Source: Lachnospiraceae bacterium
GTDB lineage: Bacteria > Bacillota > Clostridia > Lachnospirales > Lachnospiraceae
Assembly (NCBI GenBank): GCA_045114695.1
Contig: JBGUKX010000017.1
Coordinates: 65,201-129,200, forward strand
Length of the DNA stretch: 64,000 bases
Direction of reading: 5' to 3'
A program made the translations under genes and the position numbers. Position 1 is the first letter of the stretch. The number at the start of each line of letters is the position of its first letter. The notes beneath the pieces were generated by a model that was not told where the DNA came from, made no database searches, and was given only the letters and a program-made list of their open reading frames with translations. Below are positions 39,090-47,430 of this stretch, piece by piece.

Positions 39090-39788
39090 TCAGCCCTTCT
39101 TTTCGACCGCCTCGATCAGCTCTTCCGTCGTGATGACGTGGCAGTAGATATTGTTCAGCACCTCGAGCTCATGCTCGTGGAGACGCTGCGACCCGGCCAG
39201 GCAGCCGTCCTCGATCAGCCAGACCTTGAAGCTCTCGTCCGCGAGGTCGCGGACCGTGCAGGATACGCACTGATCCGTCATCGTCCCCGTGACGATCACG
39301 GTGTCGATGCCCATGTTGTAGAGAATCAGCCTGAGGTTCGTCCCGGTCAGGGCGCTGTCCGTCGTCTTGGTGACGACGATGTCGTCCTTCTGCGGTGCGA
39401 TTTCCGCGATGATCTCGCCGCGGTGATCTCCCTCCGTCACGAGGAACTGGTTGAAGCCGGTCATCTTCTGGTCGAGGGAGCGGTCGCGTCCGTCGCTCTT
39501 GTGTCCCTGGATCTTGGCGTAGGTGACCTCCATGCCGGTCCTTCTGCACAGGGCGATCATTTTCTGAAGATTCGGAATGATCACCGACTCGTATCTTTCG
39601 TAAAACGGCTCCCAGCGGGCCAGATTGTCCAGCTCCTCCTGTGTCGGATTCACCAGCTCGGGCCGCTTCACGCAGGCGTATTCGGCGTCGATGATGAGAA
39701 GCGCCGTCCTGGCGGGATCGATGTCGATGGTTCCGTAGTCGTTGTCATCCTCGTAGTAAAATGAGCAGTATCTGTCGTTGACTTTCAT
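39090..39788 (-). CDS. Isochorismatase-family cysteine hydrolase
   Basis: TALLIID, KTTDSAL and GTMTDQCV motifs; start reassigned to MKVNDRY behind AAGGAGG. Confidence 0.88.
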   Translation of the reverse strand: MKVNDRYCSFYYEDDNDYGTIDIDPARTALLIIDAEYACVKRPELVNPTQEELDNLARWEPFYERYESVIIPNLQKMIALCRRTGMEVTYAKIQGHKSDGRDRSLDQKMTGFNQFLVTEGDHRGEIIAEIAPQKDDIVVTKTTDSALTGTNLRLILYNMGIDTVIVTGTMTDQCVSCTVRDLADESFKVWLIEDGCLAGSQRLHEHELEVLNNIYCHVITTEELIEAVEKKG

Positions 39789-39831
39789 AGCAGCCTCCTT
39801 TTTATAACCGTTTCCGTCGTGCCTGTCAGAT

Positions 39832-40071
39832 GATTCCTTCCCGCGGCCGCTTCCGCCGCGCCTCACAGAGATTCCTTCCCGCAGCCGCTTCCGACGCGCC
39901 TCGGAGTGATTCCTTCCCGCAGCCGCTTCCGCCGCACCTCGGAGTGATTCCTTCCCGCGGCCGCTTCCACCGCGCCTCACAGAGATTCCTTCCCGCGGCC
40001 GCTTCCGCCGCGCCTCGGAGTGATTCATTCCCGCAGCAGCTTCCGCCGCACCTCGGAGAGATTCATTCCCG
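39832..40071. repeat. 38-bp tandem array, about 6.3 copies, whose last units are the 3' end of larC
   Basis: Units at 39832, 39870, 39908, 39946, 39984, 40022 and 40060; consensus GATTCCTTCCCGCRGCCGCTTCCGCCGCGCCTCRSAGW. Confidence 0.93.
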
Positions 40072-41566
40072 TCCGGTCGGCGATCTCCGCCAGATCCTCA
40101 TACTCGGCCTTCACGCGGGTCACGCCGAATCCCTCGCTCTTCTTGACGCGGACGTCCCCGAACTCGCCTGTCAGTACCGTCGCGGAACGCTCCAGGGCAT
40201 AGCGGCGCATCGCGGATTCGCGGACCCCGATGGTGGTCGTGTGGCGGAAGATCAGGGAGACCATTCTCTCCCTGTCCCCGGGACGACACAGGCAGCACAG
40301 CAGTACGGCGGGCCTGCTTTTCTTCATGCCGATGGGCTCCGTCCAGACGTCCAGGGCCCCGGCCTCCAGGAGTCTGCCGCAGGCGTAGCCCACGTCCTCC
40401 CCTGTCATGTCGTCGATATTGCAGCGGAGCTCCAGAACCTCTTCCACCTTTCCGGAGGATACTTCCGGCAGGGCGCCGGAACGGACACCCGGGCAGGCGT
40501 CCGGCTGCGTCTCCGGGCGGGTCTCCGAACGTGCCTCCGGGCAGGCGTCCGGCTGCGTCTCCGCGTGGACGCCGCTCCCGCGGACCGGCGTCTCCTCCCC
40601 GGTCTCGCCCAGAAATACTCTCACGCAGTTGGCCTGGGGGAAATCCTTTGTCCCCATGCCGTACCCGATCCGCTCGACGCTCATGGCCGGCTGGGCGCCG
40701 AAGGAATCGGCGAAATGCCTCAGAAGCGCCGCCCCGGTGGGGGTGCAGAGCTCCCCGGACACAGTGCCGCCGTAGGTAGGCACCCCGCGGAGAAGATACG
40801 CGGTGGCCGGCGCGGGAACCGGAAGGATCCCGTGGGCGCAGTGGACGTGGCCGCTGCCGACGTGAACCGGGGAGACACAGATCCGCTCCGGCGCCAGCTC
40901 CTCGATCAGCATCGAGACCGCCGTGACGTCCGCCACCGCGTCCATGGCGCCCACTTCATGAAAATGAATCTGCGTGACGGGTATTCCGTGGGCGTGGCTC
41001 TCCGCCTCCGCGATCATGGAATACACGGCGAGCAGGCTGCTTCTGACGGCTTCAGAGACATGCAACCCCGCCGCGGCCGCCTCGATATCCGCCATGCTCC
41101 GGTGCACATGGGAGTGGCCGTGCTCGTGCTCTCCGTGGGAGTGCTCGTGCTCTCCATGAGAGTGATCATGTTCTTCATGGTCGTGATTGTGCCCGCCGTG
41201 AAAATGCTCGTGCTCTCCATGAGAGTGATCATGTTCTTCGTGGCCGTGATCGTGCTCTCCGCGGAAATGCTCGTGCTCTCCATGAGAGTGATCATGTTCT
41301 TCGTGGTCGTGATCGTGCCCGCCGTGGTCGTGATCGTGCTCATACCCGTGGCCGGCGCCTTCCTCCTCCCCGTCCACAAAGACTCTCATCTTTGTGCCGC
41401 GGATCCCGCATTTCTCGGCGGCCTCCGCCTCAAATCTCACGCCGGGAATTCCGGCGGCGTTCAGCTTCTCCAGGAAAGCGGCGCGGTCCGGCAAAAGCTC
41501 CAGCAGCGCCGCGGCGAGCATATCCCCCGCCGCGCCCATGGCGCACTCGATGTATAATGTTCTCAT
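40025..41566 (-). CDS. larC: Nickel pincer cofactor nickel-insertion protein LarC with His-rich insert
   Basis: YIECAMGAAGDM, HFHEVGAMDA, HGILPVPAPA, ELCTPTGAA, NIDDMTGE and KAEYED motifs. Confidence 0.93.
   Translation of the reverse strand: MRTLYIECAMGAAGDMLAAALLELLPDRAAFLEKLNAAGIPGVRFEAEAAEKCGIRGTKMRVFVDGEEEGAGHGYEHDHDHGGHDHDHEEHDHSHGEHEHFRGEHDHGHEEHDHSHGEHEHFHGGHNHDHEEHDHSHGEHEHSHGEHEHGHSHVHRSMADIEAAAAGLHVSEAVRSSLLAVYSMIAEAESHAHGIPVTQIHFHEVGAMDAVADVTAVSMLIEELAPERICVSPVHVGSGHVHCAHGILPVPAPATAYLLRGVPTYGGTVSGELCTPTGAALLRHFADSFGAQPAMSVERIGYGMGTKDFPQANCVRVFLGETGEETPVRGSGVHAETQPDACPEARSETRPETQPDACPGVRSGALPEVSSGKVEEVLELRCNIDDMTGEDVGYACGRLLEAGALDVWTEPIGMKKSRPAVLLCCLCRPGDRERMVSLIFRHTTTIGVRESAMRRYALERSATVLTGEFGDVRVKKSEGFGVTRVKAEYEDLAEIADRTGMNLSEVRRKLLRE
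41110..41345 (-). repeat. His/Glu-rich coding repeats with 63-bp period inside larC
   Basis: HEEHDHSHGEHEH occurs three times at 21-aa spacing. Confidence 0.9.
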
Positions 41567-41570
41567 TCCC

Positions 41571-42341
41571 TTATCCCTTCACGTGATTGATCATTCCGGC
41601 CTGATATCCCGCGCCGAAACCGTTGTCGATGTTGACCACGCTGACCCCGCTGGCACAGGAATTCAGCATGGACAGAAGCGCCGAGACGCCGCCGAAGGAC
41701 GCCCCGTAGCCCACGCTGGTCGGCACGGCGATGACCGGGCAGTCCGCGAGGCCCCCGATCACGCTTGCCAGCGCGCCTTCCATTCCCGCCACCGCGATGA
41801 TCACGGACGCGGACATGATCTCGTCCAGATGCTTCATCAGGCGGTGAAGACCCGCGACGCCCACGTCGTAGAGGCGGACGACTTCATTTCCCAGAAATTC
41901 CGCCGTCAGAGCCGCTTCCTCCGCCACGGGAATGTCGCTGGTGCCTCCCGTCGCGACCACGACGCGACCGTGTCCTCCGGGAGAAGGCATCTCCCCGACG
42001 ATCCCGATCCTCGCGTCCCCGTGATAGCGGAAGACGATCCCTTCCTCCGCCCGGAAGGCCTCCGCGATCCTCGCGGCCGGCTCCGCGGACAGACGTGTGA
42101 TCAGAATTCTCTCCTGTCCCGCCGCGGTCATGGCCCGTATGATGCCGATGATCTGCTCCGTCGTTTTTCCCGCTCCGTAGATCACCTCTCCGGCTCCCTG
42201 GCGCAGCCCGCGGTGCATGTCCACCTTGGCATAGCCGAGCTCCTCAAAGGGCGCTGTCTTCAGCTTCAGCACCGCCTCCTCGGCGGTGACGTCTCCTCCC
42301 GCGACCTTCCTCAGAAGATCATAGATTTCGTTCTGGTCCAT
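41571..42341 (-). CDS. larB: Nickel pincer cofactor biosynthesis protein LarB
   Basis: AKVDMHR, EVIYGAGKT, GGTSDIPVAEEA, DVGVAGLHR, VAGMEGAL, VPTSVGYG and NIDNGFGA motifs. Confidence 0.95.
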   Translation of the reverse strand: MDQNEIYDLLRKVAGGDVTAEEAVLKLKTAPFEELGYAKVDMHRGLRQGAGEVIYGAGKTTEQIIGIIRAMTAAGQERILITRLSAEPAARIAEAFRAEEGIVFRYHGDARIGIVGEMPSPGGHGRVVVATGGTSDIPVAEEAALTAEFLGNEVVRLYDVGVAGLHRLMKHLDEIMSASVIIAVAGMEGALASVIGGLADCPVIAVPTSVGYGASFGGVSALLSMLNSCASGVSVVNIDNGFGAGYQAGMINHVKG

Positions 42342-42538
42342 TGACGTTCTCCGTTTTTATGTCCCCGCCGGCTCCGCCGCCGGGGCGGTCTTTTTGACAG
42401 TATAGCATACAAGTTCCGGCGTGATAACCGCACCGAAAAGAAAAAGATGGGATCCCGGGTCTTCCTCTTTATCAAAAAAACAGAACGCCCGCCGCCTCTT
42501 TGCGGCAGGCAGAGGCGGCGGACAGGTCAAACGAAGCA

Positions 42539-43471
42539 TCATATTTCGAACAGGGAAATCTGAGGGTCGATCCAGGAACTCTGGGGAACTTCATGCACCA
42601 CGTCGTCCTCCCGGGGCCCGCCGATCAGAAACGGCGACGCCGGGTCGTGGAGGCGGCTGTTCTCCCGCACCGCGGCCGGGCTGCTGTTGGCGTAGCAGTA
42701 GCGGCACAGGTGCCGGCAGCTGTCGTAGGCGCCGATATCGCAGGCGAGATAGCAGGCGCACTCCGCGCGGTTCGGCGCTCTCTTCGGGACGATGAGCTTT
42801 TTTCCGATGGCTCTTTCATACATTCCCACGGTCATGCAACCGGAGCAGTCAGCCCCGTAAGGCGCCAGTTCGTCTCCCTCCGCGCAGGGTCTCACCGTCA
42901 TCCCCGCGGCCTCTGCCGCCCGGATGATCTGCCTTCCCAGGAAGAGACGCTCCTCCCGCGTCACCTCCCTGGCCTCCGGAAAATTCCTTCTGACCTTCCG
43001 GTAGAGATCGATGAAGCTGATCACCACGGTCTCCGTATAGCCGGAGAGAGCTTCCGCCATCTTCTCAAACGCCCGGACGTGGTACTCCGCGGTATATTTT
43101 TCCGTGATCAGAATCGGATCGTACCGCCACCCCACCGATCGGACGCCCACCCGCCGGGAGAGCTCCCGGAAGTCCTCCAGAAGTCTGTGCTTGTCGGGCA
43201 CGTTCGGCTCGATGTCCCGCCCGTAGGGCGTGATCGTCACATACCAGAACTGGCCGTAATCCTCCAGGAGATCCATGTGCGGGAACATCGGGGCGGGATT
43301 TTTCGTGCAGAATCCTATCACGTCGACGACCGAAGGATCCAGACGGTACCTGCTGACGCTGACCGGGTTGAAGGGATTCCGCACGCAGACAAAGCCTTCC
43401 CTCAGGCGGTTGGCGAACCACCGGGAGTAGAAGGCGGGTATATCCGTGCGCTGTCCCGTGTTGATGATCAT
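42539..43471 (-). CDS. DUF1848-family protein with C-terminal Cys cluster
   Basis: RTDIPAFYSRWF, FCTKNP, WRYDPI, DIGAYDSCRHLCRYCYA. Confidence 0.85.
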   Translation of the reverse strand: MIINTGQRTDIPAFYSRWFANRLREGFVCVRNPFNPVSVSRYRLDPSVVDVIGFCTKNPAPMFPHMDLLEDYGQFWYVTITPYGRDIEPNVPDKHRLLEDFRELSRRVGVRSVGWRYDPILITEKYTAEYHVRAFEKMAEALSGYTETVVISFIDLYRKVRRNFPEAREVTREERLFLGRQIIRAAEAAGMTVRPCAEGDELAPYGADCSGCMTVGMYERAIGKKLIVPKRAPNRAECACYLACDIGAYDSCRHLCRYCYANSSPAAVRENSRLHDPASPFLIGGPREDDVVHEVPQSSWIDPQISLFEI

Positions 43472-43603
43472 GACACTCTCCTTGAAACGGCCGGCTTTCG
43501 AGCGAAAAGAAACATTCCTCCGCCCCGCCGGTCACAGGCAGGAGGCGTTCCTCGCATGGGATGGAAATCCCCGTGTATTCATGTTATGCTTTTCCCGTCT
43601 CGT

Positions 43604-43705
43604 GCCGCCTGAAGGACCGGCGGCGGAACGTAGCTTGGGCCGCCTGAAAGACCGGCGGCGGAAAGATCTCATGCCGCCTGAAACACCGGCGGCGGAACGG
43701 AGCTG
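43604..43705. repeat. Three tandem hairpin-forming 34-35-bp units directly upstream of the ThuA-like gene
   Basis: GCCGCC-TGAA(G/A)(G/C)ACC-GGCGGC-GGAA at 43604, 43639 and 43673. Confidence 0.88.
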
Positions 43706-44404
43706 ATGATGAGAGAAATAAAAGTACTGTTTCTGGCCGGAGACTACTGGCACCCTGTCGAGATCGTGAGAAGAGGCCTGGCCTCTTTCAGAGATCTTCT
43801 CTCCGGAATTCAGACAGACGTCGTGGAGGACGCAAAAGATATCCTGACGCCCGAAATGCTGCGTCAGTATGACGTCTGCGTGTGCGCGAAGGCCAATGAA
43901 ATCACTGCCGCCAACAGAAATCCCTGGTTTGAGGCCGGCGTCACGGAAGTCACGCCGCAGACCTTCCGGAGCTGGATCAGCGAAGGGCACGGTTTTCTGT
44001 CACTTCACGCGGGCAATTCCTTCTTTGCCGAGGACAAAGGGGATCCGGTATTTGACGGGCCCAACCGGGATTACATCGAACTTGTGGGAAACAGCTTCAA
44101 AAACCATCCGCCGCGCTGCCCTGTGACATACACGCCGCTCCGGGAGCACCCGGTTCTCCGGGGCGTCTCTGCCTTTACGGTAAGAGACGAGCACTATCAG
44201 CTTGAAAATCTGTCAGACGACCGGGACGTCTTTCTGGTCTCCACGTCCGATACCGGGCTGAAGCAGCCTGCGGGATATGAGCGCGTCATCGGGAAAGGGA
44301 GACTGGTCGTACTGACCCCCGGACATACGCTGGCGGTCTGGCAGAACACGGACTTTCAGCTTATGCTGAGCAATGCGCTCCGGTATCTGGCCGGTTTCCG
44401 TTGA
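43706..44404 (+). CDS. ThuA-like (GATase1-fold) protein
   Basis: GDYWHP, GHGFLSLHAG, FKNHPP, DEHY, GKGRLVVLTPGH. Confidence 0.8.
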   Translation: MMREIKVLFLAGDYWHPVEIVRRGLASFRDLLSGIQTDVVEDAKDILTPEMLRQYDVCVCAKANEITAANRNPWFEAGVTEVTPQTFRSWISEGHGFLSLHAGNSFFAEDKGDPVFDGPNRDYIELVGNSFKNHPPRCPVTYTPLREHPVLRGVSAFTVRDEHYQLENLSDDRDVFLVSTSDTGLKQPAGYERVIGKGRLVVLTPGHTLAVWQNTDFQLMLSNALRYLAGFR

Positions 44405-44452
44405 CGGGGAGCCTGTCCGCAGGGCCCGTCTGCGCTTCCGCTCCGCGCGGAT

Positions 44453-45283
44453 TTACCCGATCCTGTTCGTGAGCCTGCCGAGCCCGTCCGCCTCGCAGAC
44501 AACCACGTCTCCCTTTTTCAGATATCTGGGCGGCGTAAATCCCATGCCCACGCCGGCGGGCGTCCCCATGGAAATGATCGTGCCGGCCGTAAGGATCATG
44601 CCCGCGGAGAGATCTTCTATCACGTCCCCGATCCCGAAGATCCAGTCCGACGTGCTGCCATTCTGGCGCAGCTCGCCATTTACATAGCAGCGAATGCCGA
44701 TCTTCGGGGGATACGGGAATTCATCGGCCGTGACGATCCAGGGCCCGATCGGGGTAAAGCCGTCCAGGCTTTTTCCTAAGTAAAACTGTTTATGCCGGGT
44801 CTGGATTTCTCTGGCGGAGATATCGTTGAGGATCGTATAGCCGAAGATGTATTCCGCCGCGTCCTCCTTTCTGACCCGGCAGGCGTCCTTCCCGATAATG
44901 ACGGCGACCTCCGCCTCATAATCCACCTGAGCCGTCACTTCAGGATGGCTGTCCACGATACCGTTGTCAGGGACCGCCTCATTGACGCGTTTCGAGAAAT
45001 AGACGGCATAATTTTCCCTTACCATCGTCGGATGAAATTTCGCCGCTTCGTTCGTATGATCGGCAAAATTCATGCCGAGACAGATGACGTCGTGGGACGG
45101 CCTCGGAATCGGGGCAAGAAGCGTGACCTCACTGAGAGGAATGCCGCTGTCCGGCAGCCCGGAGGGAAGGCCTTTCCGGATCAGGTCTTCCATCGATGTG
45201 ACGCCGGGGACCGGAATGATGTCCGTGCCGGCGGCGACTCCCACCGCTTCTCTGTTTTCGTAAAGGAATGTTGCAAGTCTCAT
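44453..45283 (-). CDS. Fumarylacetoacetate hydrolase family protein
   Basis: ICLGMNFADH, VDYEAEVAVIIG, NDISARE, GKSLDGF and GTPAGVG motifs; start at MRLATF. Confidence 0.92.
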   Translation of the reverse strand: MRLATFLYENREAVGVAAGTDIIPVPGVTSMEDLIRKGLPSGLPDSGIPLSEVTLLAPIPRPSHDVICLGMNFADHTNEAAKFHPTMVRENYAVYFSKRVNEAVPDNGIVDSHPEVTAQVDYEAEVAVIIGKDACRVRKEDAAEYIFGYTILNDISAREIQTRHKQFYLGKSLDGFTPIGPWIVTADEFPYPPKIGIRCYVNGELRQNGSTSDWIFGIGDVIEDLSAGMILTAGTIISMGTPAGVGMGFTPPRYLKKGDVVVCEADGLGRLTNRIG

Positions 45284-45322
45284 ATCCGTTGATCCTTTCT
45301 GTGCCAAATCTCCTGTCTGTCA

Positions 45323-45397
45323 GTATCCGGCAGATGCTGCTTCGTGACCGGATCCCGGTTGATAATCGTATCGTAAACGTCTCTCGTAGAATTTGTC
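45323..45397 (-). repeat. Diverged 75-bp copy of an internal segment (46189-46263) of the neighbouring AAA ATPase gene
   Basis: Manual alignment gives 66/75 identity with no gaps. Confidence 0.88.
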
Positions 45398-45454
45398 AAA
45401 CGCGATAAGGCCGGCATCAGGCACCGGCCTCTCTGTGAAAAGGTAAGAGGCGGC

Positions 45455-45613
45455 TTACAGCTTCATCAGGATCTCCCGGATGTCTCCGTTGATGCAGATG
45501 GATCTGTCTAAGATTTCATCCGGCGCGTAGGCCTCGCCGTAATTCAGGCAGGCATATGTCGCGTCCGGCCACTGGTTTACGATCTTCCAGAACCGGAACT
45601 TAATGTTGCTGCC
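45455..45613 (-). pseudogene. C-terminal remnant of a Sir2-like (class M/SirTM-type) sirtuin
   Basis: Manual translation: GSNIKFRFWKIVNQWPDATYACLNYGEAYAPDEILDRSICINGDIREILMKL*; no start codon. It resembles, from memory, the IKYPFW...YACLNYGEA...SICI.GDI tail of clostridial Sir2-family proteins. Confidence 0.7.
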
Positions 45614-45614
45614 T

Positions 45615-46814
45615 TTATTCAATCTTCAGCAGCCAGTCTGATAAATTGTGAATCTTGATGCCTTCATAGTCATAGGTCTCATGTCCGGTATTGGCCAGGA
45701 TAAGTTTTGGATACGCATCCTTGATCTTGAGCAGGGGATCATACTCCCGTTCAAAGGTCTCCGGGCGTGAGATATCATCGCTGACCTGGATATACATCTT
45801 TTCATCGCCGCGGACTGCCACAAAATCCACTTCCTTCTGATACAGCTTTCCAACGTAGACTTCATAGCCTCTTCTCATCAGTTCGATACAGACAATATCC
45901 TCATACATCCGTCCGTAATCAAGATTACGTCTGCCAAGTCTGGCAAAGCGTATGCCGGTATCACTCAGATAGTATTTCACGGAAGTCTTCAGGTATTTCT
46001 TTCCGCGGATGTCATATCGGCGCACGCCATAGAAAACATACGCATCGCACAGATATTTGATATAGTTTCCGACAGTCTTGTGATTGGTCACAACCACATT
46101 TGCCGTCAGTGTATCACTGATGTTGTTGGGCGAAGTCAGATTGGATACGTTATCCATCATGAACTCTGCCAGATGCTCCAGCGTTGTCGTATCCGGCAAA
46201 TGATACTTCGTGACCAGATCCCGGTTGATGATCGTATCGTAAACGTCTCTGATATAGTTTGTCCGGTCCCGCTCCGTGCGATATTCATAAGAGCCAGCCA
46301 GACCGCCTTTGATCACATAATCATCAAAGAGCTTTGCTATATCCTGCTCATCTGCATAGTAACGGCAGAATTCCGCGAAGCTGAACGGGAACACATGGAT
46401 CTCTATATACCGCCCTGTAAACAGCGTTGTCAGATCAGAACTTAGAAGGAAAGCGTTGGAACCGGTGATATAAAGATCATATTTCCGCGAAGTATGCAGG
46501 CTGTTGATCGCCAGCTCAAATTTCTCACAAAGCTGCACTTCATCCACGAATACATAGTTCTGTTTTCCGGCAGCATAATGGCTTTCAATGTAATCATACA
46601 GAGCATGGTATTCCTTTAATCCTTCATATTTCAGATCAAAGAAGTCCACAAAGATTATATTGGCCTCCGGCTGAATCTCTCTGATTCTGCGGATATATGC
46701 CTTCATCAGTTCCGACTTGCCGCTGCGGCGCACTCCGGTAATGATCTTGATATCCGGGGTTCCCATAAGATCAAGAAGCCGCTGCATGTATTCTGGTCTT
46801 TCAATATAGTTCAT
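45615..46814 (-). CDS. AAA_14 ATPase with DUF4143 C-terminal domain
   Basis: GVRRSGKS, FVDEVQ, ITGSNA, KYYLSDTG and EVDFVA...IQV (PD-(D/E)xK-like) motifs; visibly AT-richer than the flanks. Confidence 0.9.
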   Translation of the reverse strand: MNYIERPEYMQRLLDLMGTPDIKIITGVRRSGKSELMKAYIRRIREIQPEANIIFVDFFDLKYEGLKEYHALYDYIESHYAAGKQNYVFVDEVQLCEKFELAINSLHTSRKYDLYITGSNAFLLSSDLTTLFTGRYIEIHVFPFSFAEFCRYYADEQDIAKLFDDYVIKGGLAGSYEYRTERDRTNYIRDVYDTIINRDLVTKYHLPDTTTLEHLAEFMMDNVSNLTSPNNISDTLTANVVVTNHKTVGNYIKYLCDAYVFYGVRRYDIRGKKYLKTSVKYYLSDTGIRFARLGRRNLDYGRMYEDIVCIELMRRGYEVYVGKLYQKEVDFVAVRGDEKMYIQVSDDISRPETFEREYDPLLKIKDAYPKLILANTGHETYDYEGIKIHNLSDWLLKIE

Positions 46815-46953
46815 TATATCACTTCCGAAATTGAAAATTTTTTAAAGTTTCGCACCTGTGTTCGCAGTTTACTCTGAATTGCCCTGTTTGTCAATGTGAG
46901 AAGGCTTTTCAGCCTGTTTCATATGTATGGGGCAGCATGCGCTGCCCGCCGGG

Positions 46954-47344
46954 TCAAAGCTCCGGAATATCGTATTTCGGGACCAGATCCTTTTTGTAGA
47001 ACTCGACCATGGATTTCAGCTCACGGTTGCTGACGGTCGTCTTTTCATCCTTCCAGATATTCTTGCCGTCTTCACCCTGACCGGCCAGATACGGTTTGGT
47101 AAGAGTTGTGTGGCCATCCGCAGGAATCTTAGCCCAGAGGCCTTTGCCGTACTGATTCTCATGGACAGCCTTTGCCGGAAGCACAAAGCCTGCCCAGGGA
47201 GTATGATCACTGCGGTCCGCATTCGGGATTACAATCTTCAGCATCTCGCGGCCGTCTTTTGTAGTGAAGGGTTCTACCGTTCCTTTCCCGAAATGCAGGG
47301 TGATCTCTTCGCTCTGTTCATAGTCCAGTCTTTTGGGCAGCCAT
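46954..47344 (-). pseudogene. Probably frameshifted hypothetical gene of mobile-element type
   Basis: The open frame extends upstream of the track ATG (47244) as ...RLDYEQSEEITLHFGKGTVEPFTTKDGREM; removing one A from the A4 run near 47331-47334 joins it to the ATG at 47344. Confidence 0.4.
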
Positions 47345-47388
47345 ATGAGTATGACAGAGTCATGGAACTGAACTGGTTATGAAGATCT

Positions 47389-47430
47389 CTACTGGACAAT
47401 TTTTAGATAGATAATAATATTGTCCGGTAG
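47389..47430. promoter_or_regulatory. 12-bp inverted repeat around an AT-rich 18-bp spacer (operator or recombination site)
   Basis: CTACTGGACAAT-N18-ATTGTCCGGTAG, one mismatch; a further TGGACAA follows at about 47434. Confidence 0.55.

Noticed and set aside
39789-40028. N-terminal extension of the isochorismatase ORF
   Set aside because: It is the translation of the 38-bp repeat array; a clear AAGGAGG precedes the Met at 39788.
39832-40071. Possible CRISPR array
   Set aside because: Units abut with no unique spacers, derive from the larC 3' end, and no cas genes are in the window.
43604-43705. Possible mini-CRISPR (palindromic repeats)
   Set aside because: Variable linkers are only about 9-10 nt, there are only three units, and no cas genes are present.
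45323-46263. Diversity-generating retroelement template/variable repeat pair
   Set aside because: The 9 mismatches are not confined to adenines of either copy on either strand (gene copy on the plus strand: A5, G3, T1), and no reverse transcriptase is in the window.
45455-46814. Intact Sir2 plus ATPase anti-phage system
   Set aside because: Only about 52 C-terminal sirtuin codons remain, without the NAD-binding core; the ATPase is AAA_14/DUF4143, not HerA.
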